Of a stretch of 64,000 bases of DNA, positions 1 through 14,732 are shown one piece after another (the stretch's first letter is position 1; each line of letters starts with the position of its first letter). A program made the translations under genes and the position numbers. The notes under the pieces are model-generated. The model saw only the letters and a program-made list of their open reading frames with translations, had not been told where the DNA came from and ran no database searches. This DNA comes from the human T2T-CHM13v2.0 reference genome, Homo sapiens: assembly GCF_009914755.1 (NCBI RefSeq), contig NC_060940.1. The stretch is one strand, 5' to 3'.

Positions 1-545
1 TGGCACATCTACAGCCGCATCAGGTGGAGTAAGAGGGCTGTGTTTATAACACTCTCAAAGACAGAGCTGGGGAAGGAGGAGTCAATTGTGCTGGGTCAAG
101 ATGTGAAGGATGGCATCAAGGGAAGCCCAAAAGGATAGAGTGAGACATTGTAGGCACAACATTGAGCCACACCCTGAAGGAGAAGAAAGTTTCTCCAGGC
201 ACAGAAAGAGTATTCCTGGCAGAAGGAACAGGTTGCAAAGTAGACAGGTTCAGAAGAACATAAAGAAAAAGGGCCTTGTGTTTGCAAAGGTGTGACAAGG
301 ACTTAGGGTGTAAGGGAGAGCTGAGGAGAGGGACAAAAGGCAGAGGCAGGAGGTAAGCCTGGAATAGTCCATGGCAAAAAGCCTTTACTGCCAAGCTAAG
401 GAGTTTAGTTTTCTCCTGTAGACAATGGGGAGCCAGTTCATGAGCATGAGTTGGTTGTATTGGAGGACGAGATGGTCAACTCACTTGCCTACAGGGCCAA
501 GTAGGTAAGAGATATGAAAGACAGACCTAGTGAGATTGGGTTCAG

Positions 546-830
<285 letters not shown>

Positions 831-940
831 CAGAAACAGCACATCCTAACAGTAACCATCCTGAAAGGATGGTTCCTATTTTGTTTCAGTTTACTGTGGA
901 TACTGGGAATTTGCTAAGAAAGGCTAGAAATACTAGTGAC

Positions 941-1417
941 TTGGTAGACTGATGGCAAAAATAGCCCCAATCTTCCACGTCTTCAAACTTTTTATAAGTG
1001 ACTTTGTACCCTCTCCCATTGCAAGCTAGAGTCTATTTTCCCACCCATTGAATCTGCTGTGACTCACTGAGTGTGTCAGAAGCAAAGTTGTGTCTGTTCT
1101 GAGCCTAGGCTTCAAGTGGCCTTGCACATTTCCATCCTCTGCCTTGGAAGCCGCCTCCACCGTGAAGACAAGCCCAGGCTGCACTGCTGGGGACCAGAGC
1201 CCACACAGAGCAGAGCCACGCCATCCCATGGGCTGCATAGACCTGCCCAGCTCGGCTGACCCATCAGCTCTGCAGATGAAAGAGAGCCCAGCCCAGATCA
1301 GCTAAGCCTGGATCAGCAGAACCACCCAGCCAGCCTGTAGACTAATTTTAAAAAAATGTTGTATGAAACCATTATGCTTTGGAGTGGTTTGTTAGGCAGC
1401 AACAGCTAACTGATATA
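941..1417 (+). mobile_element. MLT1-type (MaLR) LTR
   Basis: Typical 3' end TTTGGAGTGGTTTGTTAGGCAGCAACAGCTAACTGATATA. Confidence 0.65.
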
Positions 1418-1448
1418 GCAACTAATTCATGTTTTAAAAAGCAGCTCA

Positions 1449-1801
<353 letters not shown>

Positions 1802-2126
1802 TCAGAGACTCAGTCAACAGCATTTCTGGTTCAACAAGCATCAAAACTAGCTGAGTTCTAGGTCACTGGGGTGGGGCAGAGGAGAGGTCTAAGGACATTT
1901 CACACCCTGACACCAGTCTGTCCTTTTCTTGGGGGTTATTTCCAACCACAGACTCCTTTGCAGCCTCAGAATCCCCGAAAGCAGCTCTCCCAGGCCCCAC
2001 CCAGCTTCCCTCCTGCAGTGCTTATGCCCAGTTCATGCACCAGTCTCCAATCCAGCCATCTCCTCTCACCCCTGGCCCTCAGCTTCATTTGCCTGGGCCT
2101 GTGACACCCAAGGTCTTGGAACCCTA

Positions 2127-2196
2127 TTAGGTTGGTGCAAAGGTAACTGTGGTTTTACCATTGAGTAAAACCACATTTACTTTTGCACCAATGTAA
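2127..2196. mobile_element. MADE1 (Hsmar1-derived MITE)
   Basis: TTAGGTTGGTGCAAAGGTAAC...TTACTTTTGCACCAATGTAA inverted repeat flanked by TA. Confidence 0.9.
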
Positions 2197-3435
2197 TAGA
2201 TGCTGAAAAAACGGCCTTGTTTGGGAGCTCAGGAAAGCAGCTGGCTGAATTCAGAGAGACAGGACTGACTGGGATCCCCACAATCCTCACTCTCCTGGGG
2301 AATGGCCCCTCCGAAAAGCACCCTGCAGCCCCCGGGCTGATTTCATTGGGATATGCAGGAAGCCAACCGCTCCTGCTCACAACAACTACTCAGCACTGAC
2401 TGTGTTTCAGACACCATCCTCAGCATCAGATGAGCAAAATCTAACACTCTCAGATGCCATCTGAGGTGGGCTTACTGAATATCACCCTTGGAAAGATGTG
2501 GAATTGTAAAAGAAGAAAAAAGGACCTCCCTTTGCTAGAGTGGGATCTTATTTCCGGCAGCCAAAGAGGCCAGGGCTGAAAAACGCCCAAATGGCCTCTG
2601 AAGCAAAATCTCACGATGAAACAAGCCTCAAAAAGCATTTACTAGCATTTCTGGTCATGGCTGTTACGGATGAAATGGTGCCTCACCTTCTGCACCCCCT
2701 CTGGCCCCCACACCTTCTATGTTCCTATCTCAGGGATTCTCCACAGGGACCTGGAAGGACAGCTGAGTGGACCGAGAGATCACGCGGAGCCACTGTGAGG
2801 GGTCAGGGGATAGGGAGAGTGAGCTGCCCAGGGTGGCTGCAGAGAGGGGAGCTTGGGGAACAGAGACCACAGGGAGAAAGAGCTGAGTGCAGCCTGAGCC
2901 CGTGATTTTCAAGCCCCCCCGCTGGCCTCCTAGGGTTCTTGTAATCATACTCCGACTCCCTTCTCCTTAGTTAGTCTAAGGGGGCTTCTGTTTCTTGCTC
3001 CCAACTGCTGCCTCACTAAGATAGACTCATTTTCAGATCTCTCTATGGATTGTAGCCTTTCCTGCAATTCCTGCCTGGATGGCTGCTCCTCCAGGCCTGG
3101 ACTGGATGGAAGGTTCCAAGCGAGAACCTGCAGCATTTCTGCTTCTGCGGCATCATCCACCTCTGAGAACCACTCCAGAGGACAAGCTGAGGAGCCTTCC
3201 AAGAGCTCCATGTGTCTGTAAATGCCTTCAAAACCTGGTCTCAGTGCATCCTTTTTGCACCCACAGCCAGATAGCTGACCACACAACATCAGGATAGAGT
3301 GGTCACCACCCATTTTCTGTCATGGGAAATGAAATTGCCTGGGAAAGGCCTTGCCCAGTGCAGACATGGCAGGCAATGCTGAAAGCTACAAAATCCTTCT
3401 AGAAGCTGTTGTCTTTCAGTTATTAAGACTATAAG

Positions 3436-3730
<295 letters not shown>

Positions 3731-3958
3731 AGAAGGCAGGCTGCCTAGCTTAGCTTTGCCATGACTAATCTACTTACCAGCTAAGCAACATTTGTGCAAG
3801 CTATTTCACCTCTGTGTGCCTCAGTTTCTTCATCTATAAAATAGAGATAATCATTTTACACCCCTCAATAAATGTCTTTTGAATCAATTAATGAATACTT
3901 GTAAAACACCTGGCATATTGTAAGCCCTTGTTAAATGTAAACTTTAAATGTTAAATGG

Positions 3959-3960
3959 TT

Positions 3961-4004
<44 letters not shown>

Positions 4005-4115
4005 TTCCTGTTTCTGTTCTCTCTCTCTCTCTTTCCCTCTTTCTCTCTTTCTCTCTTGGAAGGTCTCACTCTGTTGCCCAGGCTGGAGAGCAGTAGTGCA
4101 ATCATGGCTCACTGC
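3959..4115 (-). repeat. (TTTC)n/CT tract leading into a short Alu fragment
   Basis: Direct reading. Confidence 0.9.
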
Positions 4116-5379
4116 CTACAACCCCACCGTAAGTCCCTCTGGGATTCCATGATAGAGGTACTTATTCCAATTAGGGTCAAGCTGGAGGAAGAGGCGGCTG
4201 TGGCCTAGCTGTCAATTCCTCAGGGCTGGTCATTGGGGAGGAAGGGCAGGAACCAGCTGAGTTCACTGAGAGTTGGAACAGGAGACGCAGAAAGGTACAG
4301 ATTTGGAAACTGACCTGGGTATCACAGTTAGGGCTCCAGGGCACTCCAGCCTGCGGTGGGAGTTTGTAGGTGTCTAAGCTGTGGCTGGGAGGGCAGTGGA
4401 AGAAAGTCAAGCTGTGCCAATTTTCCTATTTGAAGAGAAAGGGAGCAGGGGAACCAGAGTTCTAGGTGACACCATCGGGAAGACAAGCTGTGTCCTCAGC
4501 CCGGCCTGGGGGGAGGACTGGGTTGCAACTTACAGGAAAGAGGATTGACTGGATTCTTAGAAAAACAAGAGCCAAGGCTTGTTGCTGTGCAGAGGGATTG
4601 GGGTCACCAGCTGGCTGTTGTTACCGTGACTGATTCCTGATGCTTCGGAATTCAAGGGCAGGAGGCACTTGGGGCACTGGCTGAACCTTGGCTCCCTGAC
4701 CCCTCCTCAGTCCCCTTCCTGGGCTCCACAACATATAAGATGAACGTTCTGATTGTATATTTCTCCTCCCTTCTCGTTTTACTCTTCATTTGGTGGAGTG
4801 TGTGGTAGGGATAAAATCTTAGAGATGTTTATCTGAGCCATAGAGAGACCTTATTGGGGGTGCATGGGAAATAGACAAGTAATCCCAAGCTCACCTTGCC
4901 TGGGTGCCTGCGGAGGGCAATTGTGCATTAGCGGTAGAGTGTGGTGGGGACCTGGGCCTGGGTGGGCAGGGGAGAGCTTCTGGACAGGGGCTGGTGGATT
5001 AAGGTCATGCCCATAGGTGGGAAGCCACCCACACAGAATCACAGCATCTCAGAAGGGCAGTGCCAGAAAAATCCCCAGGGACCTCATTTTCCTTGGAACA
5101 CAACCCAATTCCTTGGCTTGGCCAACCAGGCCTAGCGCATCTGGGCCCAACTTCATCTGCCTTCATTCCTCCACTGCATCAGTAGGGTCATTTGGGTGTA
5201 GGCCACAGAAGTAAACTCTGGCAACATAAGCGAAGGGGGATTTGTTAGAATAGGATAAGGGAGCCAGGCAACTGGAGCAGACATCAAGGTGGGAACACCA
5301 GGCCTCAGGGTCCCGCAGTTGCTGTGCCTGGGCTGCCATTGTTCCATCTGTATCTATGTCACGCGAGGTCATATGAGTG

Positions 5380-5700
<321 letters not shown>

Positions 5701-5869
5701 CTAGATTACAGCCCCACCCTGGCAGGGTAGTAGGAGGAAGGCTTAGAACTGTCTTGGCTTCTGAAGAGGGCAGGACAGTAACCCAATCCACCTTCCCAGA
5801 AACACTGTCCTCAGTGGGGAGGAGGGACAACTCCCAAGGAGATGGGGACACATGCTCGCCAACCAAACC

Positions 5870-6300
5870 CACAAAAGCTCATTGTGCCTGTCGCTCTGCT
5901 CCAGCCACAGTGGCCTTCTTCTGTTCTTCAAATACAATAAGCTTGTTCCCACCCCAGGGCCTTTGCACTTGCCATCTGCTCTACCTGGAACACTCTTCCC
6001 CTTGTTCTGCATGTGACTGCTTCATTTTCCTCCTTCAGGACTCACACCTAACAAGGGCCTCCAAGAGGCCCTCCCTGACGACCCATTCTCAAGTTGCCCT
6101 CATCAGATAATCTTGACCTCATCCCTCCCAGGTCTCCTAGCCATCTAAAATTACCTTGTGTATGAGTCTGTTTGCTCTGTATTGCCTGTCTCCCCACTGG
6201 AATGCAAACGCCACAAGAGCAATGACTGCGGTTAATTGCTGCTATATATCCAGCACTCAGCACAGGGCTTAATAAGCATTTACCAGGCAAATAAACATAT
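5870..6300 (+). mobile_element. L2 3' fragment
   Basis: CAGGGCCTTTGCACTTGCC...CTGGAACACTCTTCCC...GCACAGGGCTTAATAAGCATTT. Confidence 0.65.
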
Positions 6301-7356
6301 AGAGACAGAGAGCCCCAGAGGGACGGTGCTTTGGCCAAGGATGCCCAGAGAAAATACTGATGTCATTGAGGGTGCAGAAGCCAAATCTTGCTTGCTCCGG
6401 GGGCACTGGATGGCACCAGCCTAAGAGTGTGGGCACCAGAGCAGATTGCCTGGGTCAACACTCACTCTCTGTGTAACCTTGAGTGAGTTTCTTAACTTCT
6501 CTATGCCTTGGTATCCTCATGCATAAAGAGATGACCATAATAATAATGCATTCTCAGGGGCTGTGGCAAGGATCACATGAACTAATACATGTAAAGTACT
6601 TAGAACAGGGCCTAACAATATTGTAACACTGTCAACAAGTGCAAGCTATTATGATTGGAAGACTTCCATGTCCTTATTTCTGATTGACAGGTCACTGCCC
6701 AGCCCCACCCTCGACCCAACCAGGATGAAGAATGGGCAAGCCAGATAGCTACAGTAATCGACAGACAGACAAACAAGAGCATCGTATGACCCAGGGGCCA
6801 ACAAGTCCCACCCCAGTGACACCATCTCACTTTTGCAGAGCTCTTGCTCGCAAAGTGCAGCTAGGAGAACCCAGGCCTCCTGATGGCAAATGCTCCTTCT
6901 TTCTGCCCCCCAAGTGCCAAGAGCGAGGAGGGAAGATAGCTGCTGGCTCACTGTGTGGTCGTGGCTGAGTACATGTTACTCTCTGGGTCCCCATTTCCTC
7001 AACTTTAAATTGCAAACAAGAACCTCAGCCTGTCCCGTCTCCCTCTTAAGAGGATAAGTAGTGCCAATAAATAGTAAATGAGCTTTCTGAGACGTAAAGT
7101 GGATGCTGATTTTATTACCAAACAGGTGAGGAGCAGGTGCAAATAATTCAGCAGAAGTATTTGTACGGTCATGATTCTCAAAATTTTCCAGAGTTAAGAA
7201 TCGCACGGGAATCTTGTTTAAAATATAAATTCTGTGGATGCATTCCCCCAAATTCTGATTATGTAGCTCTAAGATGGAGTCCCAGAATTTTTTAAAAAAC
7301 CTCATCCTCAGGCGATGCTGAGGCTGAAGCTAATGGACCGTGATTGTGCATTAAAG

Positions 7357-7451
7357 CCACTAGATGGTGCCATGAGCCCAGAGAATGGGCTGATCTAGGC
7401 CGCTCTGAGCCCTGAGGCTGCTTCTCCAAAAGTGGCCACCAGATGGCGCAG
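7357..7451 (+). promoter_or_regulatory. Two tandem forward CTCF motifs
   Basis: CCACTAGATGGTGCC (7357) and TGGCCACCAGATGGCGCAG (7433) match the CTCF core CCASYAGRKGGCRS. Confidence 0.7.
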
Positions 7452-7739
7452 CCTATCTGCAGAAGGAAGCGCGCCTTAGAAATGTGGGATCGGGGCTGGA
7501 GTCACCCCGCCTTAGCGAACCTGTGGTCTGAGAGAACAGATCCTTCCCTGCCCAGGTAATTCTAAGCCCAAGGAGGAGCTCGGCGGCCAAGGAGGCCCAG
7601 TTCTATTGTAGGGTAATGAGCATCCAACCCCATCCTCATCAGAGCGTCATTGGCCAATGGTCTGGGCGCCTCCTCCCAGCACAAAAACCTTGCACTCAGT
7701 AAGTACTCACCAAAGACTTTTGATCTTTTGATTTGGACA

Positions 7740-8028
7740 GATACACACACACACACACACGCATATATAAACATACATACACACACACGTATACACATAC
7801 ACACATATATATCCACACGCACACATACACACACATATAAACATACACACAAACACACACGTGCATATATACACACATATCTACATACACACATATATAC
7901 ACACGTGTACACATACACATACACACACATCCATGCACACATATATACACATACATACTCATACAACACACACATATACACATATATACACACACACACC
8001 TGTACACACACACATACACATACACACA
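7740..8028. repeat. Compound (CA/TA)n microsatellite
   Basis: About 290 bp of near-continuous alternating purine-pyrimidine. Confidence 0.95.
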
Positions 8029-9586
8029 GGCCTGCTTGGTGAACACTGTAGGGAACACATTATTATAAAGATAATGATCAATTACTAGATATCTACTGCA
8101 TGCATTCCAGGCACTGTAAACACCAACAAATTCTTGCCACAGCCCTGAGAGAGAGTTGCTACAATTATTGGACAAATAAAGGGAGTGAGGCTCTATGAGG
8201 TTGTCACCTGGGGTCACATGATCTGGAAGCCATATTCAGTACCCAAACATGGCTGCAGATGAAGGGCTCGGAATCAAGGAGGACTTCCTGGAGGCAAGGA
8301 GTTTTGAGCTGCCTTTGAAAGTAGGGTAGAGTTGCAGATGGGTCAAAGGGAGGGCATTTGGAGAACATCCCTAAACTAGGGGGAACCAGTGAGCTGAGGG
8401 CAGTGGAGGGTCAGAGGGATGTTGGCTGCAGGGATGCCACAAAGGGGCACGAGACAGCAGAGTGGGGAGCTGGGCAGAGAGAGAACCCAGCCGTGGAAAA
8501 GGTAGCAGCAGCTGCAGAAGAAAGAATCAACGATTCGGGTTCCAGTACTGTGCTTACTTGCTGTGTGTCCTTGGTCAAATTCCTTAACTTCTCTGGGCTC
8601 ACTTTTCCCATCATAGTCATAGCCTAGTCACCCCTGAATTTACTGGGAGGACTGAGTACAACAACCTGTGTGAAAATGCCTGGCACAGTTCCTGGCTCAA
8701 AGTGAGCCCAGGGGATTTCTGTTTGTCCTCCCTTTGTTGTGTGGCCCAGGCAAATACTTTCCTGTGCCTCAGTTTCCCCATCTCTCCGGGAAGTCTATGT
8801 AATGTGGTGGTTAGGTGGAAAGGCTATGGCATTAGAGAACCCCAAGGCATATCCTGATGCTGATATTAAGTGTGCGGCCACGAGTAAGTCATCCTCTCTG
8901 TGCCTCAGCTTCCTCAACTATTAAACAGGTTGCTAACCATGCCACCCGTTTCAAAGAAATACCCTGGAAATTAACATCCATAAAAGACCTACCACAGTGC
9001 CTGACATGCAGTCAGTGCTCAGTCTCTCTCCCAGCATTGGCTGTCATTAAACAGGGAAATTGAATTGGATCATCTCTGGGAATTGTGCAGATCTGATATG
9101 CTGGTCTTCAGTTTGCAGCCCCTAACTGCCCAAGGACCCCACTTCTGGCTATGCCCCGATCTGGGCCTCTCCTTTCTCCGACCATTTGTGGTCTTCGATT
9201 CTACAGGAAGGCAGGCCTGGAAAGGCTACCAGTAACAAATGTGTGGCTACCATGTTCCCTTTCCTCTGGAAAAGTATTGTCCCCAACCCCACCCCACCTA
9301 AGGGACAGTGCCTTAACCCAAAGGAACAAGTGTCCATGAGGAACCCATGGTGCTATGGGGGATTTTCACAGGATGGACTGCCTAGGAGGCCCAGACTTTG
9401 AGACAAAGAGTAAGCAGAAGATTTATCAGGAAGTGTTCTCGGGGTCACCACCCTCAGAAGGGGAAGGAAGGAAGTGGAATGGGGCAGGTAGAGAAGGTGG
9501 GCTGCTGTGCAGTCTCCACAAAGGCCTCATCCCACCTCACAGGGAAGCTCTAGAACTGAACGACACTTCAGAAGTGTTCTAAATTG

Positions 9587-9900
9587 GGCTGGGCGCGGTG
9601 GCTCACACCTGTAATCCCAGCATTTTGAGAGACCAACGCGGGTGGATCGCTTGAGGTCAGGAGTTCGAGACTTCCCAGGCCAACATGGTGAAACCCTGTC
9701 TCTACTAAAAATACAAAAATTAGCCAGGCATGTTAGCAAACACCTGTAATCCCAGCTACTCAGGAGCCTGAGACAGGAGAATCACTTAAACCTGGGAGGC
9801 AGAGGTTGTAGTGAGCTGAGATCACGACTGCACTCCAGCCTGGGTGACAGAGTGAGACTCTGTCTTAAAAAAAAAAAAAAAAAAGAAAAAAGAAAAAAAA
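9587..9900 (+). mobile_element. Alu (AluS)
   Basis: TSD AGAAGTGTTCYAAATTG. Confidence 0.95.
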
Positions 9901-12228
9901 GAAGTGTTCCAAATTGGGAAAAGGAGGGAGTGGAGCCTTTCTAATTGGGCACCAACCAACCTTGGATGCCTTGCTCCAGGAAAAGACGTGACCTTCAGGG
10001 AGGCTGGTCCCTTCTGCCAGGGCAGCATCATACTAGCAGCTGGACATAGGTCCTCCAATCAGAGGCAGATCTGGGTGGGTAGCGTCCTCTCTGCAGCCTC
10101 CCCCAGTAGAGGAGCCCAAGCTGGTCTGAGCACATTCCCGTACAGCACAGGGAGTTCGCTGCTTGGTTTCCAACTAGCTCCCCATAACCTGGGCTTCCCA
10201 GGGTTGCTCAAACAGCAGCAGGAATGTGGCCCCTTCCTCACTGATGTCCTGGTGCTCCATGGGGGCCAGATCTCTACTCTGATCTCTTCCACCCCATGGT
10301 GCCCAGGGAAAACCCAACCCCCAGAAGCACAGGAAATGGCAAGGTCACTGCCTGGCTTAGTGACCTGCAGACAGACAGACTCACACCAGGACCTATGGCA
10401 ATTCACTAGCCTTATCCACTGAAGACTCCTTCCCTGGGGGATGAGTCCTGCTGGGGAGAAGCTTAGTGGTGGCCTTTCCAAGGTTACACTTCTATTGCCC
10501 AGGAGCTTTTAGGTACAAATAATAGAAACGTTACTGAAATTGGACTAAGTATAAAAAGGGCTCACTAGACTGAAAAATCCAAGACTAGATTGGTTTCAGG
10601 TAGAGCTGGATCCAGGATCTCAAACAGCATCACAAGGCCATGTCTTCTGTTCCCCTGCTCCTCTCTGAGGAGCCCCTTGCCCCAGACAGACACGTTCAAC
10701 AGTCTCCTATGCCCATTCCTGAAGTTAGCATCATGTCCCTGAGGGATCAAGTCTCCCACCGACCTGGGGCACATGGCTGGTAGGGACACCTGCTTTCTTG
10801 AGGACAGCCTAGTGTGCTGTGAGCAGAACAGAGAGTGGGGGTGAGCAGGCACAAGCAACAGCTGCCCCAGCGCCACATCCTAACCAGTCCTGACCATCCC
10901 AGCCAGAGGCCACACATTTGGACAAAACCAAAGTAAGAGGCTGTGGCTAAGAACACAGCAGGGAGAGATGGGGAAGTGGGCCGGGGCAGAGTCTTGGAGG
11001 ACACAGTGACTCAGGGATTCAGAGACCCCACGTTGGGTGGTGGAGAGAAAATTGGATGGGGGAAGCAATGAGCAAGGTGGGGGTGGCAAGGAAGGAAGCC
11101 AACTGCCCGCTTATCCTTCCCAGCCCAGCCAGAATCTTCAAGCTGTCTTAAGATCCTGGAGTCCACCCATGAGTCCAGGCTAGGCCAAAGAGGGTCTCAC
11201 CAGTCCTCTGTCTTGCTAAGGTCCCTCAGGGAAGTGGGCCTACCTTATGAACCCTTTAAATCCTCATTCTTTTTATTTGCTGTTGGGAAGTCCCACCTAG
11301 AGCCTACCCTAAATTTCTCCTGCTGTTGGTTACAAATAAACAATTCTACCTTCAGACTGCCAAGTCTAAAGTGATCTATCCTTACCTTACCTCCACATGG
11401 CAGAAAGGGAAGCTCTAGGATGGAACCTGTGCCTTTATAAGACAAGAAAATCCCTAGAGTTTTGAGTCAGCAAAATGACTCCTGAGCAGCCCAGGGCAGA
11501 GCCCCCAGTGCTCTGTTTAGCCTTTCCTTCTACCCTGGGGACCACCCCACCATACCCAACTCCAGTTACCGGGCCTGCCTTTCCATCTCCCCATATCTAG
11601 GGAAGTATCATTCATTTCTTCAACCATGTATTTATTCAACAGATGTATATTGAGCACCCACTATGTGCAAAACCCTGTTCTAAGTACTGGAGATGCAGCT
11701 GACATTCAAGGGCAGGAGTCAATTTTAAAAAGTCAGAAATTAAAGTAACAAGATTGTTTCAAGACAGCAGTAGCTGCCAGAAATGAAATAACACAGGAGT
11801 GACTGGTTTTAGGGGATGGTCAGTCAAGGAAGGCTTTGCTGAGGAGGTGGCACTGGAGCTGAGACCTTAAAGATGAGAAGCTTTGCAGTTCAAGGGAACA
11901 TTGAATGCAAAATCCAGTGGGGACAGATGTGTTAGTTGCGTCCTCCAGGAATCAGAGTCTGAGATGAAGCTATAAGTTTGGGGGACTAAGAAAAAAAAGG
12001 GGGAATGAAGCATATTTGAAAAGAGAGAATCTCAGACCTCCACACAGCTCTGAAAAGTATCAACCCACCCAATGGGGAGCTCTGGAGAAAGGATAGAGTC
12101 CCACATTTAGGCAGATACACCAGGCTCTAGTCCCCTGCCGTGCTTAACCATTAGCTGGGGCTTGACTGAAAGGAGGATGGCTTAGGCTTAAAGGCTGAGG
12201 CTGTCATTTCACTGCATTCTGCTGCTGA

Positions 12229-12544
<316 letters not shown>

Positions 12545-14144
12545 TGCAAGTTCTTTCTTAAAAGAAGACCCGAGCAGCCACCTTTATGGCCCTCACCACA
12601 GGGTTGCTATCTTTCAGGAATAGAGAGAAGGCTAGTGTGGCCCAAGCTGAAAGATCAAGGGAAAGAATGCAAAGATAGAAGCCAGAGCTGGGCCCTCCTC
12701 TTTGCCTCCCCAGGTGGCTCTGCACCTCCCACCCTCAGACTGCATTGCCCAGCTCCTGTGCTCCCTGGGCTGGACTGGGTTCTGCCAATGGGGAGCCTGG
12801 CAAAAGATCAGAAGGAGAGAGGAGAATAAAGTCAGTGTGTTTATTTCCGGATTCCTCCTGGGAGGTTGCCTGGGGCTGGCTGCTTCATTCATGGCCTCTG
12901 CTGTGTGCAATTTTCCCTCCTTTTGGGTTCCAGGAACTGCTCCCTCTGGTCAGCCCTCTGGGCCTGGTGCTTCTGGCCCAGGTCCCTGCGTGCCACCCCT
13001 TGGCTTCCCTTATACCCTACCCCTGTGCTTTGGAATTAATCCATCATCAGTTAGCTCTCCTCGAATTATCCTTATCCGGGAGGGCCATCTGCTCCCTCCT
13101 GGGATCCCGATTGCTGCAGAGAGGTCACAGCAGGGTGTGGAGGGTTCTGCAGGCTGTGGCAAGGAGTTGTGGTTTTATTTAAGAGTAAGTCAAAGTTGGC
13201 AAAGGGTTTTAAGAACAGTAACCAGGACTTCTGAGCCTCTGGAGCTTGGAATCCATGAGCCTGGGGTTGAGGAGCCCAGCAGAGAACCTAAATCTTCTGG
13301 GATGTCTTGGCCCTGGGGAACGCCCTGCCTCTGCTCCTTAAGGGCTGTGTGTTCCAGCCCACTTTTGGGCCCTTGAATGCTTCTCAGATGTACCTGGGAC
13401 CTGTGACAAAACCAAGGAGGGCAGGGACCTCGGGTAGAGGGTCTCTGTAGCCTTCATGCTCTTTCTGGCCTTTCCTTCTACCCTGGGGACCACCCCACCA
13501 GCCCTAACTCTGTTTACTGAGCCTGCCCTTCCATCTGCTCATATGTATGGAAGAATCATTCATTTCTTCAACCATTTATTTGTTCAACAGATATTTATTG
13601 AGTACCTACTATGTGCAAAACCCCGTTCTAAGTACTGGAAACACAACTGACATTCTAGTTCAGAAGTCAATAAAGAAGTCAGAAATAAAAGTTACAAGAT
13701 TGTTTCAAGACAGCAGTAGCTTCCAGAAATGAAATAACACAGAGGTGACTCATTTTAGGGGATGACTAGTCAAGCAAGGCTTCACTGAGGAGGCAGCACT
13801 GGAGCTGAGACCTTAAAGATGAGAAGCTTTGCAGTTTCTTATCTTTAAGATGGGAGGTTTCTCGGCTAAGAGGTTTCTCAGCTAAAGTCTTTCACTGTTT
13901 CAGTCAAGACTTTCAGGTTGCAAGTGACAGAAACTCAACCCAGGCAGCTTTAAGCAAAAAACAAAACAAAACTCAAAGTTGAGAGGAGGAGATTTATTGG
14001 CTCACAAACTAAAAAGTGAAGGATACTTCTGGCTACAGGCAGGGCTGGGTCCAGGGTTTCCACTGATTTTTTGGCTCTGTTCCCATTGGTGAAGCTTCAA
14101 CCTCGGGAAGCCTCTATCTAACCTTAAAGGTAGCTCCACGCTTA

Positions 14145-14615
<471 letters not shown>

Positions 14616-14693
14616 TTACATTATAGTCTATTAAGTGTGTAATAGCATTATGTTTAAAAAAAAGTACATACTCTAATTTAAAAACACTTGATT

Positions 14694-14732
<39 letters not shown>

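Noticed and set aside
7562-8217. Cys/Val- and His/Thr-rich ORFs (also near 25900, 28450, 42600)
   Set aside because: Translations of CA/TG microsatellites
12702-13376. 224-aa ORF with hydrophobic stretches
   Set aside because: Non-ATG start, lies in old LTR/L2-like sequence, no recognisable domain or splice structure
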